Part shown: positions 20,318 through 29,505 of the stretch, piece after piece | Layout of the letters: every line of letters starts with the position of its first letter | How positions within the stretch are numbered: the first letter of the stretch is position 1 | Assembly: GCA_029263195.1 (NCBI GenBank) | Contig: JAJCXX010000084.1 | Coordinates: 65,713 to 129,712, forward strand | Length of the DNA stretch: 64,000 nucleotides | DNA from: Acidimicrobiales bacterium | Lineage (GTDB): Bacteria > Actinomycetota > Acidimicrobiia > Acidimicrobiales > Aldehydirespiratoraceae | Direction of reading: 5' to 3' | The notes under the pieces: generated by a model | What the model was told of the DNA's origin: nothing | The model's input: the letters and a program-made list of their open reading frames with translations, nothing else | Database searches by the model: none | Made by a program: the position numbers and the translations under genes

Positions 20318-21230
20318 CCGCTCCTGGCGTAGCGACCTCCGTTCGGGTCTGAGCGAGGAACGCTCCGCCTGAGACGATGACGATTCCTATGACGCCGAGA
20401 GCGCCGGGCCGTTCCCCGAGGAAGACCCACGCCAGCGCGGCGATTTGGATCAGCATGGTGTTGTTGATTGCGGATGACTCGACTGCCGCAAGCCGCCGTT
20501 GAGCGGTGTTCCACAGGGTGAACGCAATGGCGGTGTTCACGATGGCAAGCCATCCAATTATCAAGGCCGACTTGACCCCGAGATCGGGCAGGCCTTCCAC
20601 CCCCAATCCAATGGCAAGTAGGACCGCTGCCCCGATGGTCATGCTGACGGTGGTGACTACGAGGGGCGAAGCGTTGCCTTGTCGGTTCACGTGTCGTCCG
20701 AGCAAGGCCCCCGCGACGTTGGCGGTCAAGCCGGCGCTTGACGCGACCATACCGACCCAGGTTGCGCCGAGATCGCCTGAGAAATACACAGCCGCACCGC
20801 CCGCCACGAGCACTGCACCTATCAATTGACGGGCTGAGACCCTCTCACCGATCGACCAGCTCGAAAGCACCGCCACGAAGAATGCGGTCGGAGCGAGCAT
20901 CAGGCTCGAGGTCGCGGCCGGCTGTGCGTCGATCGCTACGAACTGGGCCCCCTGAGTGACGCTGAAATAGACAAGCCCCAGAATCACCAGCATCTTGATC
21001 GTTGATCTGTCGAGCTTGACGAACTGGTGACGACGCGATCGACTTGAAACGGTCCATCCCAGCAGCACCATCGCTGCAACCGTGAAACGCAAACCGGCGA
21101 AGGTGAGCGGTGGAAGCTCCTCATCGTCGAGTCCAATGCGGATCAGCACCCACGACGAACTCCACAACATCGTTACGAAGAGGGCCGTCCATACGGCGCG
21201 GGCATGGCTGGGACGATCGGCTTCGGGCAT
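20304..21230 (-). CDS. EamA/DMT family transporter (preceded by a riboswitch)
   Basis: LWSSSWVLIRIGL, PPLTFAGLRF, about 10 TM, FLGE. Confidence 0.88.
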   Translation of the reverse strand: MPEADRPSHARAVWTALFVTMLWSSSWVLIRIGLDDEELPPLTFAGLRFTVAAMVLLGWTVSSRSRRHQFVKLDRSTIKMLVILGLVYFSVTQGAQFVAIDAQPAATSSLMLAPTAFFVAVLSSWSIGERVSARQLIGAVLVAGGAAVYFSGDLGATWVGMVASSAGLTANVAGALLGRHVNRQGNASPLVVTTVSMTIGAAVLLAIGLGVEGLPDLGVKSALIIGWLAIVNTAIAFTLWNTAQRRLAAVESSAINNTMLIQIAALAWVFLGERPGALGVIGIVIVSGGAFLAQTRTEVATPGAVKRD

Positions 21231-21274
21231 CTGGAGCTTCCTGGGTCGGCACGCGTTCTACGGTGCCGATCTCA

Positions 21275-21370
21275 CTCCTCGAGGCTTTTGTCCCTTCAGA
21301 TGCACGCCGACTCTTCGAGGGCGCTGTGGCGCTCGGTCCTCTCCGTTGGCACGGCCGGATCCCTAGCCAC
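21275..21370 (-). ncRNA. ykkC-family riboswitch (guanidine-I-like, variant P3)
   Basis: GUGGC-UAGGGAUCCG..CCGU/ACGG stem..GGACCGAGC-GCCAC, a P2 hairpin, then GGGACAAAAGCCUCGAGGAG, matching the ykkC hallmarks CUAGGGUUCCG, CCGAG and GGGAYAAAAGCC. Confidence 0.75.
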
Positions 21371-21446
21371 CGATGTCGATCGGTTGCCGGTCACTCTAGA
21401 AACGAATGCGGAACCTGTCGAGCAGAAGGGAATCAGCGCGGCCGGC

Positions 21447-23600
21447 TCACCGGTGCGCCCGGGACCGTTCCCTTGCTCTGCGAGGAGAAGACGTGGCGCC
21501 CTGGAGCCAGCGTTGTTCGAACTCGTCGGCGGCAACGGCTTTCCCGAACCAGTAGCCCTGTGCGTTCGAGGCACCGAGCTCTTGAAGCGTGGTCGCGTCC
21601 TCTTCGGTTTCGACACCCTCAGCCACAACTATTCGGCCAAAGGCGGTTGACATCTGGATCACGGCCCCGACGAGCGAGCGAAGTTCCTCGAGGTCGGAGA
21701 TTCCGCTGACGAAGCTTCGGTCGATCTTAATGACGTCGACATCGAGTGTGTTCATGAGGTGCAGCGATGAGTAGCCAGTTCCGAAGTCGTCGAGGGCGAT
21801 GCTTATTCCGATATCTCGGAGATAGTGGAGCTTGCCGTCGATGGGCTGCTTGAACATCGCCGTCTCGGTCAGTTCGAGACAGAGGTGTTGTGGTGCTGCT
21901 CCGGAGCGCGCCAGTGCGGCTTCGATGTCGCCGACGAAGTTGGTGAGTGCGAGCTGGTGAGCGGAGACGTTCACTGAGATCCTGAATGCGTCGACACCGG
22001 CGAACTGGTTGCGCCATCGGGTCGAGTCCCGCAGCGCGATGTCGAGTACCTCCGCGCCGAGGGGGACGATGAGTCCGGTGTGTTCGGCGACATCGATGAA
22101 TTCGGCCGGTGAGAGTAGCCCTCGCTCGGGGTGGCGCCAGCGCACCAGCGCTTCGGCTCCGATGACTGTTCGGTGCTCGAGATCGACAATGGGCTGGTAG
22201 TGGACTTCGAACTGTCCGGTGTCGATGGCGCCTCGGAGGTCCTCGGCGATCTGATTTCGTCGGGTCGCGTCGTCGAGAAGGGTCTCCTTGAAGATCTCGC
22301 TCCGGTTGCCTCCTTCGGTCTTGGCGGCGTACATGGCAAGATCCGCTTGGCGAATCAGGTCCGCAGCGCTCTCGGTGCCGTCGATTGCCAATGCGATCCC
22401 GGCGCTCGCGGTGAGTTGTGTCGCGTGGCCTGCGATCTGGAGGGGCTTGTTGATTGCTGTGAGGAAGCGCTCGGCGAGCTCGGTTGATGCGGCCGTGGCG
22501 TTTGGTGCGACGATGACGAACTCGTCACCGTCGAGTCGACAGGCGGTGTCGGTCTCTCTCAGACACGATCGGATCCGCTCAGCAATGATCACGAGTGCTT
22601 CGTCTCCGCCGGAGTGCCCGAGGGCGTCATTGAGATCCTTGAATCGATCGAGATCCAACAAGATCACGGTGAATTGGTCAGCCGGTCGTCGGCGCAGTTG
22701 TGACATTGCAACGTCCAAGCATTGCTGAAGGGTGGCGCGGTTTCCGAGTCCGGTCAGTTGATCTTGGTAGGCGTGACGGGTGAGTGTGGCTTCACGATCG
22801 CGCAACGCGTCAGCCATCGAGTTGAACGACGACGCGACGTCTACGATTTCTGCCGGGCCCTGGAGCGCTACGAGGAAGCTCTGCTCTCCGTTGGCGATGC
22901 GAGTCGCTCCGACACGGAGTTCGTCCAGTGTCGCGGCCAGGCTCTGAGCCAGCTTCTCCATCAGGAGACCTGATGCGAATAGGCCAATCAATGCAACGGC
23001 GATCGCCAATCGCTCGGTGGTGCGGCGTTGGGACACGCCCTGTTCGGTCTCTTCGATGGATTCCAGGTGCGAGAGCTCCGCAGTTGTCTCAAGGTCGGCC
23101 GCGGCCGATGACATGGCATCAAAAGTATTCGCGATGTGAAGGTCGCGCGTGTCGAGATCCGGGGCACGGACCGCCAACGCGAGCTCCGAGCGGACTTGGG
23201 TCCACTCGTCGCGGGCCCGATTGAAGGTGACCAGCTCTGCGTCATCATGTACGTGCGATCCCACGGCCGCTAGTGCTGCATCAATCGCAGCGATCTCGGA
23301 CTCGAGCGACGACAGTTGGGCGGACAGCGTGGTTGCGGATTGGCTGGTCATGTTGGAGATGTCCGCCATAGTTCGGTTGATCGAAGATGCCGCCTTTAGG
23401 AGCGGAATCGTCTCGTCGACCTGTTCGTCGTGAGCCTTGTCAACCGTGGAGGCCGACGATCTCCCGCCCCACATCATCGCAGCGATGACGACAACCACCG
23501 ATACCAAAACGACGAAGCCGACGCCCCAGATGCGAGCTGTAACGGATCCGTTCCGCCAACGCGTGTGTCTGCTCGTAGTCGAGGTGGCCCGCGCTTCCAT
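21447..23600 (-). CDS. Membrane HAMP-GGDEF-EAL protein (DGDEF variant)
   Basis: 2 TM, HAMP, DQLTGLGNR, RLDGDEF, AEALVRW, DDFGTGYSSL, AEGVE. Confidence 0.92.
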   Translation of the reverse strand: MEARATSTTSRHTRWRNGSVTARIWGVGFVVLVSVVVVIAAMMWGGRSSASTVDKAHDEQVDETIPLLKAASSINRTMADISNMTSQSATTLSAQLSSLESEIAAIDAALAAVGSHVHDDAELVTFNRARDEWTQVRSELALAVRAPDLDTRDLHIANTFDAMSSAAADLETTAELSHLESIEETEQGVSQRRTTERLAIAVALIGLFASGLLMEKLAQSLAATLDELRVGATRIANGEQSFLVALQGPAEIVDVASSFNSMADALRDREATLTRHAYQDQLTGLGNRATLQQCLDVAMSQLRRRPADQFTVILLDLDRFKDLNDALGHSGGDEALVIIAERIRSCLRETDTACRLDGDEFVIVAPNATAASTELAERFLTAINKPLQIAGHATQLTASAGIALAIDGTESAADLIRQADLAMYAAKTEGGNRSEIFKETLLDDATRRNQIAEDLRGAIDTGQFEVHYQPIVDLEHRTVIGAEALVRWRHPERGLLSPAEFIDVAEHTGLIVPLGAEVLDIALRDSTRWRNQFAGVDAFRISVNVSAHQLALTNFVGDIEAALARSGAAPQHLCLELTETAMFKQPIDGKLHYLRDIGISIALDDFGTGYSSLHLMNTLDVDVIKIDRSFVSGISDLEELRSLVGAVIQMSTAFGRIVVAEGVETEEDATTLQELGASNAQGYWFGKAVAADEFEQRWLQGATSSPRRARERSRAHR

Positions 23601-23607
23601 GACGCTC

Positions 23608-23635
23608 AAGTCGGCATCTAGTCCGAAATATTGAG
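23608..23635 (-). promoter_or_regulatory. Sigma-28/WhiG-type promoter
   Basis: CTCAA-N15-GCCGAC; ATG at 23600 lies 9 nt past the -10 hexamer. Confidence 0.65.
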
Positions 23636-23657
23636 TTGCCGCGCCGTCGGAGGAGTA

Positions 23658-24422
23658 TCAGGACCAGCGGATACGGACGTTCCCGCGCCAGACCCCCATC
23701 AGGTCGGTGTTGCCGGTCATCGTGACGGTGGAGTCAGGGGCACGGTTCCACATCAGGAGATATAGCTCCTCGGCCGATCCTCTGAGTGTGAGATCAGCGT
23801 TTCCGCCCTGACGTGAGGTCTCGATGCTCTCCGGTCCGATTGTGAGGAACCAGTCCTGGTCGACGTCCTCGGCGTGGACGTGCATCACCTTCTCTGCATC
23901 GATTGCGAGCTCTCGGCGGCGTGGGGCGAATCCGCACAACATCTCGTCGAGAACGTCGGCTGCGAACGCATTCTCGAAGTGTGTCGTGACGCCGCGAGCA
24001 GACTCGGCATCGAAGCGGTGGATTGCTATCTCGCTGGCCTGCCGACGGGCCCACATCGCCAGTGGGGAAGGTGCCGGGAGATACATGAAGCTCTCGACGT
24101 CGGCCGGCGCGGCCCTCAGCGTTTCAACCAGGTTTGCGCTGGTGGCTCGGTACCAGCTGACAAGATCGGCGTCGTCGGGCCATGCAGCCAGATCCGGCCA
24201 GTACTCGGCGAGGTCCTGCAGCTTCACATCGTCTGGCTCGGCGTGAGGAAAGGCGATGTGTCCCGCGGCCCAGAGATGAATCAAACCGAGGTGGCGGACC
24301 AGCTCGCGCATGTCCCAGCCGGGACAGGTCTCAACGGCCGCCCCCAAGTCTCCGCTTTCAGCCGCGGCGGCAAACAGTTCCGCCTCCGAGGCCACGAATC
24401 CGATGTGCTCCGATACATCCAT
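23658..24422 (-). CDS. Maleylpyruvate isomerase family mycothiol-dependent enzyme (MDMPI)
   Basis: TCPGWDMRELVRHLG, WARRQASEIAIHRFDAE, LYLLMWNR. Confidence 0.88.
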   Translation of the reverse strand: MDVSEHIGFVASEAELFAAAAESGDLGAAVETCPGWDMRELVRHLGLIHLWAAGHIAFPHAEPDDVKLQDLAEYWPDLAAWPDDADLVSWYRATSANLVETLRAAPADVESFMYLPAPSPLAMWARRQASEIAIHRFDAESARGVTTHFENAFAADVLDEMLCGFAPRRRELAIDAEKVMHVHAEDVDQDWFLTIGPESIETSRQGGNADLTLRGSAEELYLLMWNRAPDSTVTMTGNTDLMGVWRGNVRIRWS

Positions 24423-24465
24423 GAAGCTCTCCCTCTCGAGGAACCTCCCATCACCGAGATTCCCT

Positions 24466-24496
24466 GCTACTGCATAATGCAGCAGTAGCCTACTGC
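24466..24496. promoter_or_regulatory. Alternating CTACTGC/GCAGTAG repeats, candidate operator
   Basis: GCTACTGC-N8-GCAGTAGC-CTACTGC upstream of the MDMPI gene. Confidence 0.45.
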
Positions 24497-24533
24497 AAAA
24501 CGCCGCACTGTCAAGGGCTCGATCTGTCCACAG

Positions 24534-25550
24534 TCACTTCGGCTTCTCGCCCACGCAGTGCCAGTTGAGGGTCAGTAATTCCTCTTCCTCGGCTTGGATG
24601 TAGGACTGGCTGTTCTCGTTCAGTCGCTTCATCAACGCGTTGGTCTTTCTGGGGATCAGGTGGATCCGGGCGAGGAACTTGAATGCCGCTTCGTACTTGT
24701 CGAACAGCGCGACTTCTTTCTTGATCATCTCCACCGCTGGTCGCCCCACCGAGGAGGTCAGATCGAACCCGGCAGTCCGATATGAGTCCTCCCAGTACTT
24801 GTAGTGCCAGAACCCTCCGAACACTGTGAGTTCGCGAGTGTGCTGAATCAGCGTCTTCTGGTGTGGGTTGTCGCGGTCGTAGGCATCGAGAGCAGCGACG
24901 TCGTTGATGACGAACACTCCTCCCGGCTTCAGGACACGAAACACCTCATTGAAGGTGAACTCGTGGTCGCTGACGTACGTCATCGGCTGGACTGCGTAGA
25001 CAGCGTCGAACATGCCGTCGTGGAAATCGAGCGGCTTGTTGAAGTCTCCGACTGTGAAGTTGGAACTCGGGAGATTCGGATTCTTCCAGGACTTCACGAT
25101 CTGAGATCTGTCGAGGTTGATGCCGTAGGGGGTGGCCCCGGTGAGGTCCGCGATGTGCTCGGCGATGGCGCCACAGCCACAGCCCAGGTCGAGAACCTTG
25201 TCACCCGTGCCCAGCGCGAGGTCGTTGGCGACGATGCGCTCGAACAGGATCTGGTTCTGGAGCACTGATTGCTCCGGGTCGATCTCGGGCGGCATGTACA
25301 TCTTCTCGACCGAGCCGAGTGTGCAGAGCAAATGAATAACCTTGTAGAGCTCCTGGAGTTCGTTGCTGCTGCCCTGGGGATACCCCTGGATTGCAACTCC
25401 GTTGTCGTGGTCTGCCCTGGTGTTCTCGGGCGAGTCCACGAACAATTCGTCGTAGGAACGCATGTAGGCGTTGAAGTCTTCGTCGCTGATCGTGAGTAGG
25501 CCTCGGAGGGCGCCCAGTCGGTCGAGCACGGAGGTCGGCTTGTGCTTCAC
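24534..25550 (-). CDS. Class I SAM-dependent methyltransferase, distantly sterol C24-methyltransferase-like
   Basis: VLDLGCGCG, GDF, FDAVY, EVFRVLKPGG, YDRDNPHQ. Confidence 0.8.
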   Translation of the reverse strand: MKHKPTSVLDRLGALRGLLTISDEDFNAYMRSYDELFVDSPENTRADHDNGVAIQGYPQGSSNELQELYKVIHLLCTLGSVEKMYMPPEIDPEQSVLQNQILFERIVANDLALGTGDKVLDLGCGCGAIAEHIADLTGATPYGINLDRSQIVKSWKNPNLPSSNFTVGDFNKPLDFHDGMFDAVYAVQPMTYVSDHEFTFNEVFRVLKPGGVFVINDVAALDAYDRDNPHQKTLIQHTRELTVFGGFWHYKYWEDSYRTAGFDLTSSVGRPAVEMIKKEVALFDKYEAAFKFLARIHLIPRKTNALMKRLNENSQSYIQAEEEELLTLNWHCVGEKPK

Positions 25551-25585
25551 GGTCTCTTTCTGGTCGCGGTTTGTGCGGGATTGGC

Positions 25586-26044
25586 TCAGCGAGTGTCGCG
25601 GCCCAAGAAGGCCTTGACCAAATCTGCCACTCGGCCGTCGGGATCGCCATGGTGGGTCAGTGTGAGCGGACGGAGGAGCTGGTTTGCCAACTCTTTGGCA
25701 TTGAGGCTGCTGACGTAGGCGGCGTCACCGACGTCGCTACGGCTGCAGGCGTAGACAATCTCGCTGACGCCGAAAACCGCTGCGGCGTGTAGGCACATAG
25801 CGCACGGTTCCAATGTCGTGAACAGGATGGCACCGGGGGAGAGCAAGCGACAGGCCGCAGCTTCTCGTAGAGCCGCTACCTCGGCGTGGGCGGTTGGATC
25901 GGAGCCGTCCTCGGCCTGACTCCCGGATACGGCAACCGCTTCCTGCCCGACCACGACACAGGCTCCGTTGGGGAAGTCGCCAGCGCTGTCCGCGTCGGCA
26001 GCAGCGTCGAGGCAAAGGGCCATCCAACGATCGTGATCACGCAT
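25586..26044 (-). CDS. Cytidine/guanine deaminase-family zinc-dependent deaminase
   Basis: DPTAHAE and EPCAMC zinc motifs. Confidence 0.88.
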   Translation of the reverse strand: MRDHDRWMALCLDAAADADSAGDFPNGACVVVGQEAVAVSGSQAEDGSDPTAHAEVAALREAAACRLLSPGAILFTTLEPCAMCLHAAAVFGVSEIVYACSRSDVGDAAYVSSLNAKELANQLLRPLTLTHHGDPDGRVADLVKAFLGRDTR

Positions 26045-26137
26045 TCCCGCACGCTAGTGGGCGGCCCCGAGAACGATTGGGTGATGAGTGGTGCAAAGAT
26101 TCCAACAGCACGCCCACAAACCGAAACGACACCCGCC

Positions 26138-27016
26138 ATGCCCATCTCAGAAGAGTTTCCATATGAGTCTCGATACGTCGAGGTGCTCGGATCCTCGATG
26201 CACTACGTCGAACAGGGAGAGGGCGACCCGATCCTGTTTCTCCACGGCAATCCGACCTCGAGTTACCTGTGGCGCAACATCATCCCCTACGCCTCCCCGC
26301 ACGGCCGGGCCGTTGCCGTCGACCTGATTGGTATGGGCAAATCGGCCAAGCCCGACATCGACTACCGCTTCGTCGACCACGCTCGATACCTCGACGGCTT
26401 CATCGAGACCCTCGGACTCACGAATGTCACGCTCGTCATCCACGACTGGGGTTCGGGGCTCGGGTTTCACTACGCACATCGCAACCCCGACAATGTGCGA
26501 GGCATCGCGTTCATGGAAGCGATCTTGAAACCAGCCGAGTGGAGCGACGCCAACCCGGTCGTCCGGTTCATCTTCAAACGCATGCGCGACCAAGCCAAAG
26601 GCGACCGTATGAACATGGACAACAACTTCTTCATCAAGCGACTCCTTCCCATGATGACCAGCCGAAAGCTCAGCGCTGTCGAACGAGAGACCTATGGGGT
26701 GCCCTACCCGGACCGGGCCTCACGCAAGCCGGTGGCGGTGTGGCCCCGCGAGATCCCCTTCGTCGGAGACGGGCCCGCCGACATGAACAAGATCGTCACC
26801 GACTATGCCGCCTGGCTCAAGACGACCGAGATCCCGAAACTGTTGCTCCACGCCAAGCCGGGCATCATCCTCACCAAGGATTCCGTGGCCGAGCTCGAGG
26901 CCACCCTGTCCAACCTCACGTCAGTCCATATCGGCAAGGGCAAGCACTACGTGCAAGAAGACCAGCCAGATGCCATTGGCCAGGCGTTGGCGGAATGGCT
27001 CGCGGTCAGCCGCTGA
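26138..27016 (+). CDS. Haloalkane dehalogenase (DhaA/LinB-type alpha/beta hydrolase)
   Basis: FLHGNPTSSYLWRN, HDWG nucleophile, FME acid, WPREIP, HYVQED base. Confidence 0.9.
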   Translation: MPISEEFPYESRYVEVLGSSMHYVEQGEGDPILFLHGNPTSSYLWRNIIPYASPHGRAVAVDLIGMGKSAKPDIDYRFVDHARYLDGFIETLGLTNVTLVIHDWGSGLGFHYAHRNPDNVRGIAFMEAILKPAEWSDANPVVRFIFKRMRDQAKGDRMNMDNNFFIKRLLPMMTSRKLSAVERETYGVPYPDRASRKPVAVWPREIPFVGDGPADMNKIVTDYAAWLKTTEIPKLLLHAKPGIILTKDSVAELEATLSNLTSVHIGKGKHYVQEDQPDAIGQALAEWLAVSR

Positions 27017-27061
27017 GCTTCTCGGCTGGTTCGAGAAGCAAGGGAGGGTCGTATCGCCGGC

Positions 27062-27337
27062 TCAGCTTGTCGGTACGAGCTCGATGTCGTCGATCGAAGA
27101 ATGGTCGGTCTTGGTCTGCTGCTCCAAGAGGTCGAGGATTCGCTCGCTGGTGGCCCTGGTGGCTTCCACATTGTCGAACATGACGCGGGGCGGGAAGTCC
27201 TCCGGCATGTCCTCCATGCACTTTCGCATCCTGTCCGCCATCGTGACCTTCGGCCCGGTCGAGGCCGAGCGACTCTTGGCTACAGCGACGACTACGGCCA
27301 TGCCGACGACAACGCCGGTGATCAGTTTCTTGTTCAT
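27062..27337 (-). CDS. Small hypothetical protein with N-terminal membrane anchor
   Basis: SD GGAGA; MNKKLITGVVVGMAVVVAV..MEDMPEDFPPRVMFDN. Confidence 0.6.
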   Translation of the reverse strand: MNKKLITGVVVGMAVVVAVAKSRSASTGPKVTMADRMRKCMEDMPEDFPPRVMFDNVEATRATSERILDLLEQQTKTDHSSIDDIELVPTS

Positions 27338-27490
27338 GTTGTGTCTCCGGTGGGTCGAGCCCCCCGACCGGGGCCTTCTCACGTATGTCGACGGCGGCCA
27401 GCAGTCGCTTTCGACCCAATCGCAGGGTGGGGGTGACGCCTAGAGGCGAAGGTCCCTTGGGGGTACCGGCTGACGGCTGCGGGGAACTAT

Positions 27491-27916
27491 CTAGTCGCCG
27501 ACTGTTGGCGAAGAGTCGTGCAGCCATGGAGTGTGGCAGACACCAACGAGGAGGCCTTCGGGTCCGAGTAGTCGAGCGATGGTCTGGCCCCAAGGCTCGG
27601 TCCGCGAGCTGTGAACGAGTTCGTGGCCAGCGGCAACGAACTCCTCTGCTGCTGCGGACACGTCTGTGACCTCGAACTCGATGGTGGCCTGAGGGATTGG
27701 TACGTCTTCGGGCCAGTCGGTTGTTCCGAAGCACGACAGTGCGGCCTCGCTGAGCGGCCACACGCCAAGATGCTTGGTGCCGCCGAAGCCGTCCACGGCG
27801 ACGTAGTCGCCCGACACAGACTCGAGCGGTAGCCCGAGAGTGTCGCGGTAGAACTCGATAGCCGAGGGCGGGTCCGGGACGATTGGGGAAAAGCCGGCAA
27901 CGAAGAGAATCTGCAT
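27491..27916 (-). CDS. VOC/glyoxalase family protein
   Basis: FYRDTLGL, EPWGQTIARLLGPEGLLVG. Confidence 0.88.
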   Translation of the reverse strand: MQILFVAGFSPIVPDPPSAIEFYRDTLGLPLESVSGDYVAVDGFGGTKHLGVWPLSEAALSCFGTTDWPEDVPIPQATIEFEVTDVSAAAEEFVAAGHELVHSSRTEPWGQTIARLLGPEGLLVGVCHTPWLHDSSPTVGD

Positions 27917-27987
27917 TCGGCCATTGTGTCAGCCCGAACCAGCCAGGGTAGGACGGTCATCTGGCCCCCACGGAGCGGGGTCGTGAC

Positions 27988-29298
27988 TCACCGCGCTGCG
28001 GCGAACCCCTTCTCGAGATCGGCGATGATGTCGTCGATGCTCTCGATGCCAACCGACAGGCGAACCAGTCCGGGGTAGACGCCGGCCGCGGCCTGTTCTT
28101 CCTCGGAGAGTTGGCTGTGGGTGGTGGACGCCGGCTGAATGGCGAGGCTACGAACATCACCGATATTGGCCACATGGCTGTGCAGTTCGAGGCCCTCGAC
28201 GAACTTCTTACCCGCCTCCAGCCCGCCCTTGATGTTGAATGCCGGAATGGCTCCATATCCCTTGCCGCCGGTGAGCGACGTGGCGCGGTCGTGCCATTCA
28301 CTGCTGGAAAGCCCTGCGTACTGTACCGAATCGACCTGGTCGTGGCCGTCGAGGAACTCGGCTACGGCGAGGGCGTTGGCGCAGTGGCGTTCCATACGGA
28401 GGCTGAGGGTCTCGAGGCCCTGCAGGAACATGAAGGAATTGAACGGAGTGGTGCACGCGCCCAGGTCGCGCAGCATCTGAACCCGGGCCTTGATGATGTA
28501 GGCGCCATGGCCGAGAGCGGGCCAGTACGCCAGGCCGTTGTAGCTCGGATCGGGATCGGTCATACCGGCGAACTTGTCGTTTTGTCCCCAGTCGAATGAG
28601 CCTCCGTCGACGATCAGCCCGCCGATGGATGTGCCGTGGCCTCCGATGTACTTGGTGGCGGAGTGCACCACGATGTCGGCGCCGTGGTCGATGGGTCGGA
28701 CCAGCCAGGGTGTGGCCGCGGTGTTGTCGACCATGAGCGGTACGCCGTTGGAGTGGGCCACCCCGCTGACGCCGGAAATATCGAGCCAGTTGTTCTTCGG
28801 ATTGGGGTTGACCTCGCCGTAGAAGAGCTTGGTGTTGGGCTTGACCGCGGCCTGCCACTCGTCGAGGTCGTCGGGATCGTCGACGAAGGTGACGGTGATC
28901 CCGAACTTGGGGAGCGGGTAGTGGAAGAGGTTGAACGTGCCGCCATACAGCGACGCACCGGCCACCAAGTGGTCGCCCGACTCGAGGATGGTGAGGATCG
29001 CGAGGGTTTCAGCGGCCTGGCCCGACGCCACGGCCAGCGCACCGGGAATACCGACTGCGGTCTCGGTGGCACCTTCGAGTGCAGCGATCCGAGCCTCGAA
29101 CACACCCTGGGTGGGGTTCATGATGCGGGTGTAGATGTTTCCCATTTCCGCCAAGGCGAAGAGATTGGCAGCGTGGTCAGTGCTGTCGAAGGTGTACGAC
29201 GTCGTCTGGTAGATCGGAACCGCCCTGGAGTTGGTGGCCCCGTCTGGTTCCTGGCCTGCGTGGATCTGTTTGGTCTCGAAGCCCCAGTTGGTGCTCAT
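27988..29298 (-). CDS. metY: O-acetylhomoserine aminocarboxypropyltransferase (sulfhydrylase)
   Basis: FETKQIHAGQ, PIYQTTSY, IYTRIMNPT, PLP Lys in HSATKYIGGHG, ANIGDVRSL. Confidence 0.93.
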   Translation of the reverse strand: MSTNWGFETKQIHAGQEPDGATNSRAVPIYQTTSYTFDSTDHAANLFALAEMGNIYTRIMNPTQGVFEARIAALEGATETAVGIPGALAVASGQAAETLAILTILESGDHLVAGASLYGGTFNLFHYPLPKFGITVTFVDDPDDLDEWQAAVKPNTKLFYGEVNPNPKNNWLDISGVSGVAHSNGVPLMVDNTAATPWLVRPIDHGADIVVHSATKYIGGHGTSIGGLIVDGGSFDWGQNDKFAGMTDPDPSYNGLAYWPALGHGAYIIKARVQMLRDLGACTTPFNSFMFLQGLETLSLRMERHCANALAVAEFLDGHDQVDSVQYAGLSSSEWHDRATSLTGGKGYGAIPAFNIKGGLEAGKKFVEGLELHSHVANIGDVRSLAIQPASTTHSQLSEEEQAAAGVYPGLVRLSVGIESIDDIIADLEKGFAAAR

Positions 29299-29505
29299 CG
29301 TGTCTCCTGCCGGATGGTGGTGAGCGCTGAATCTACGCCGCAATCATGACCGATGCAATCGGGATTATGGTGGTCATCGGCATGCCGATTTCGCCTTCGA
29401 GCCGGGCCTTCCGGGTGACGGCGCTTGCCAGCCCCGGAATGTATGGTGCGTCAGGCCTTGCCACTGGTAGTCAGTGCACAGATTCGCGACACGTGGAGTC
29501 GATAG

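Noticed and set aside
29299-29505. SAM riboswitch upstream of metY
   Set aside because: No SAM-I or SAM-IV core motifs recognised; only an imperfect inverted repeat
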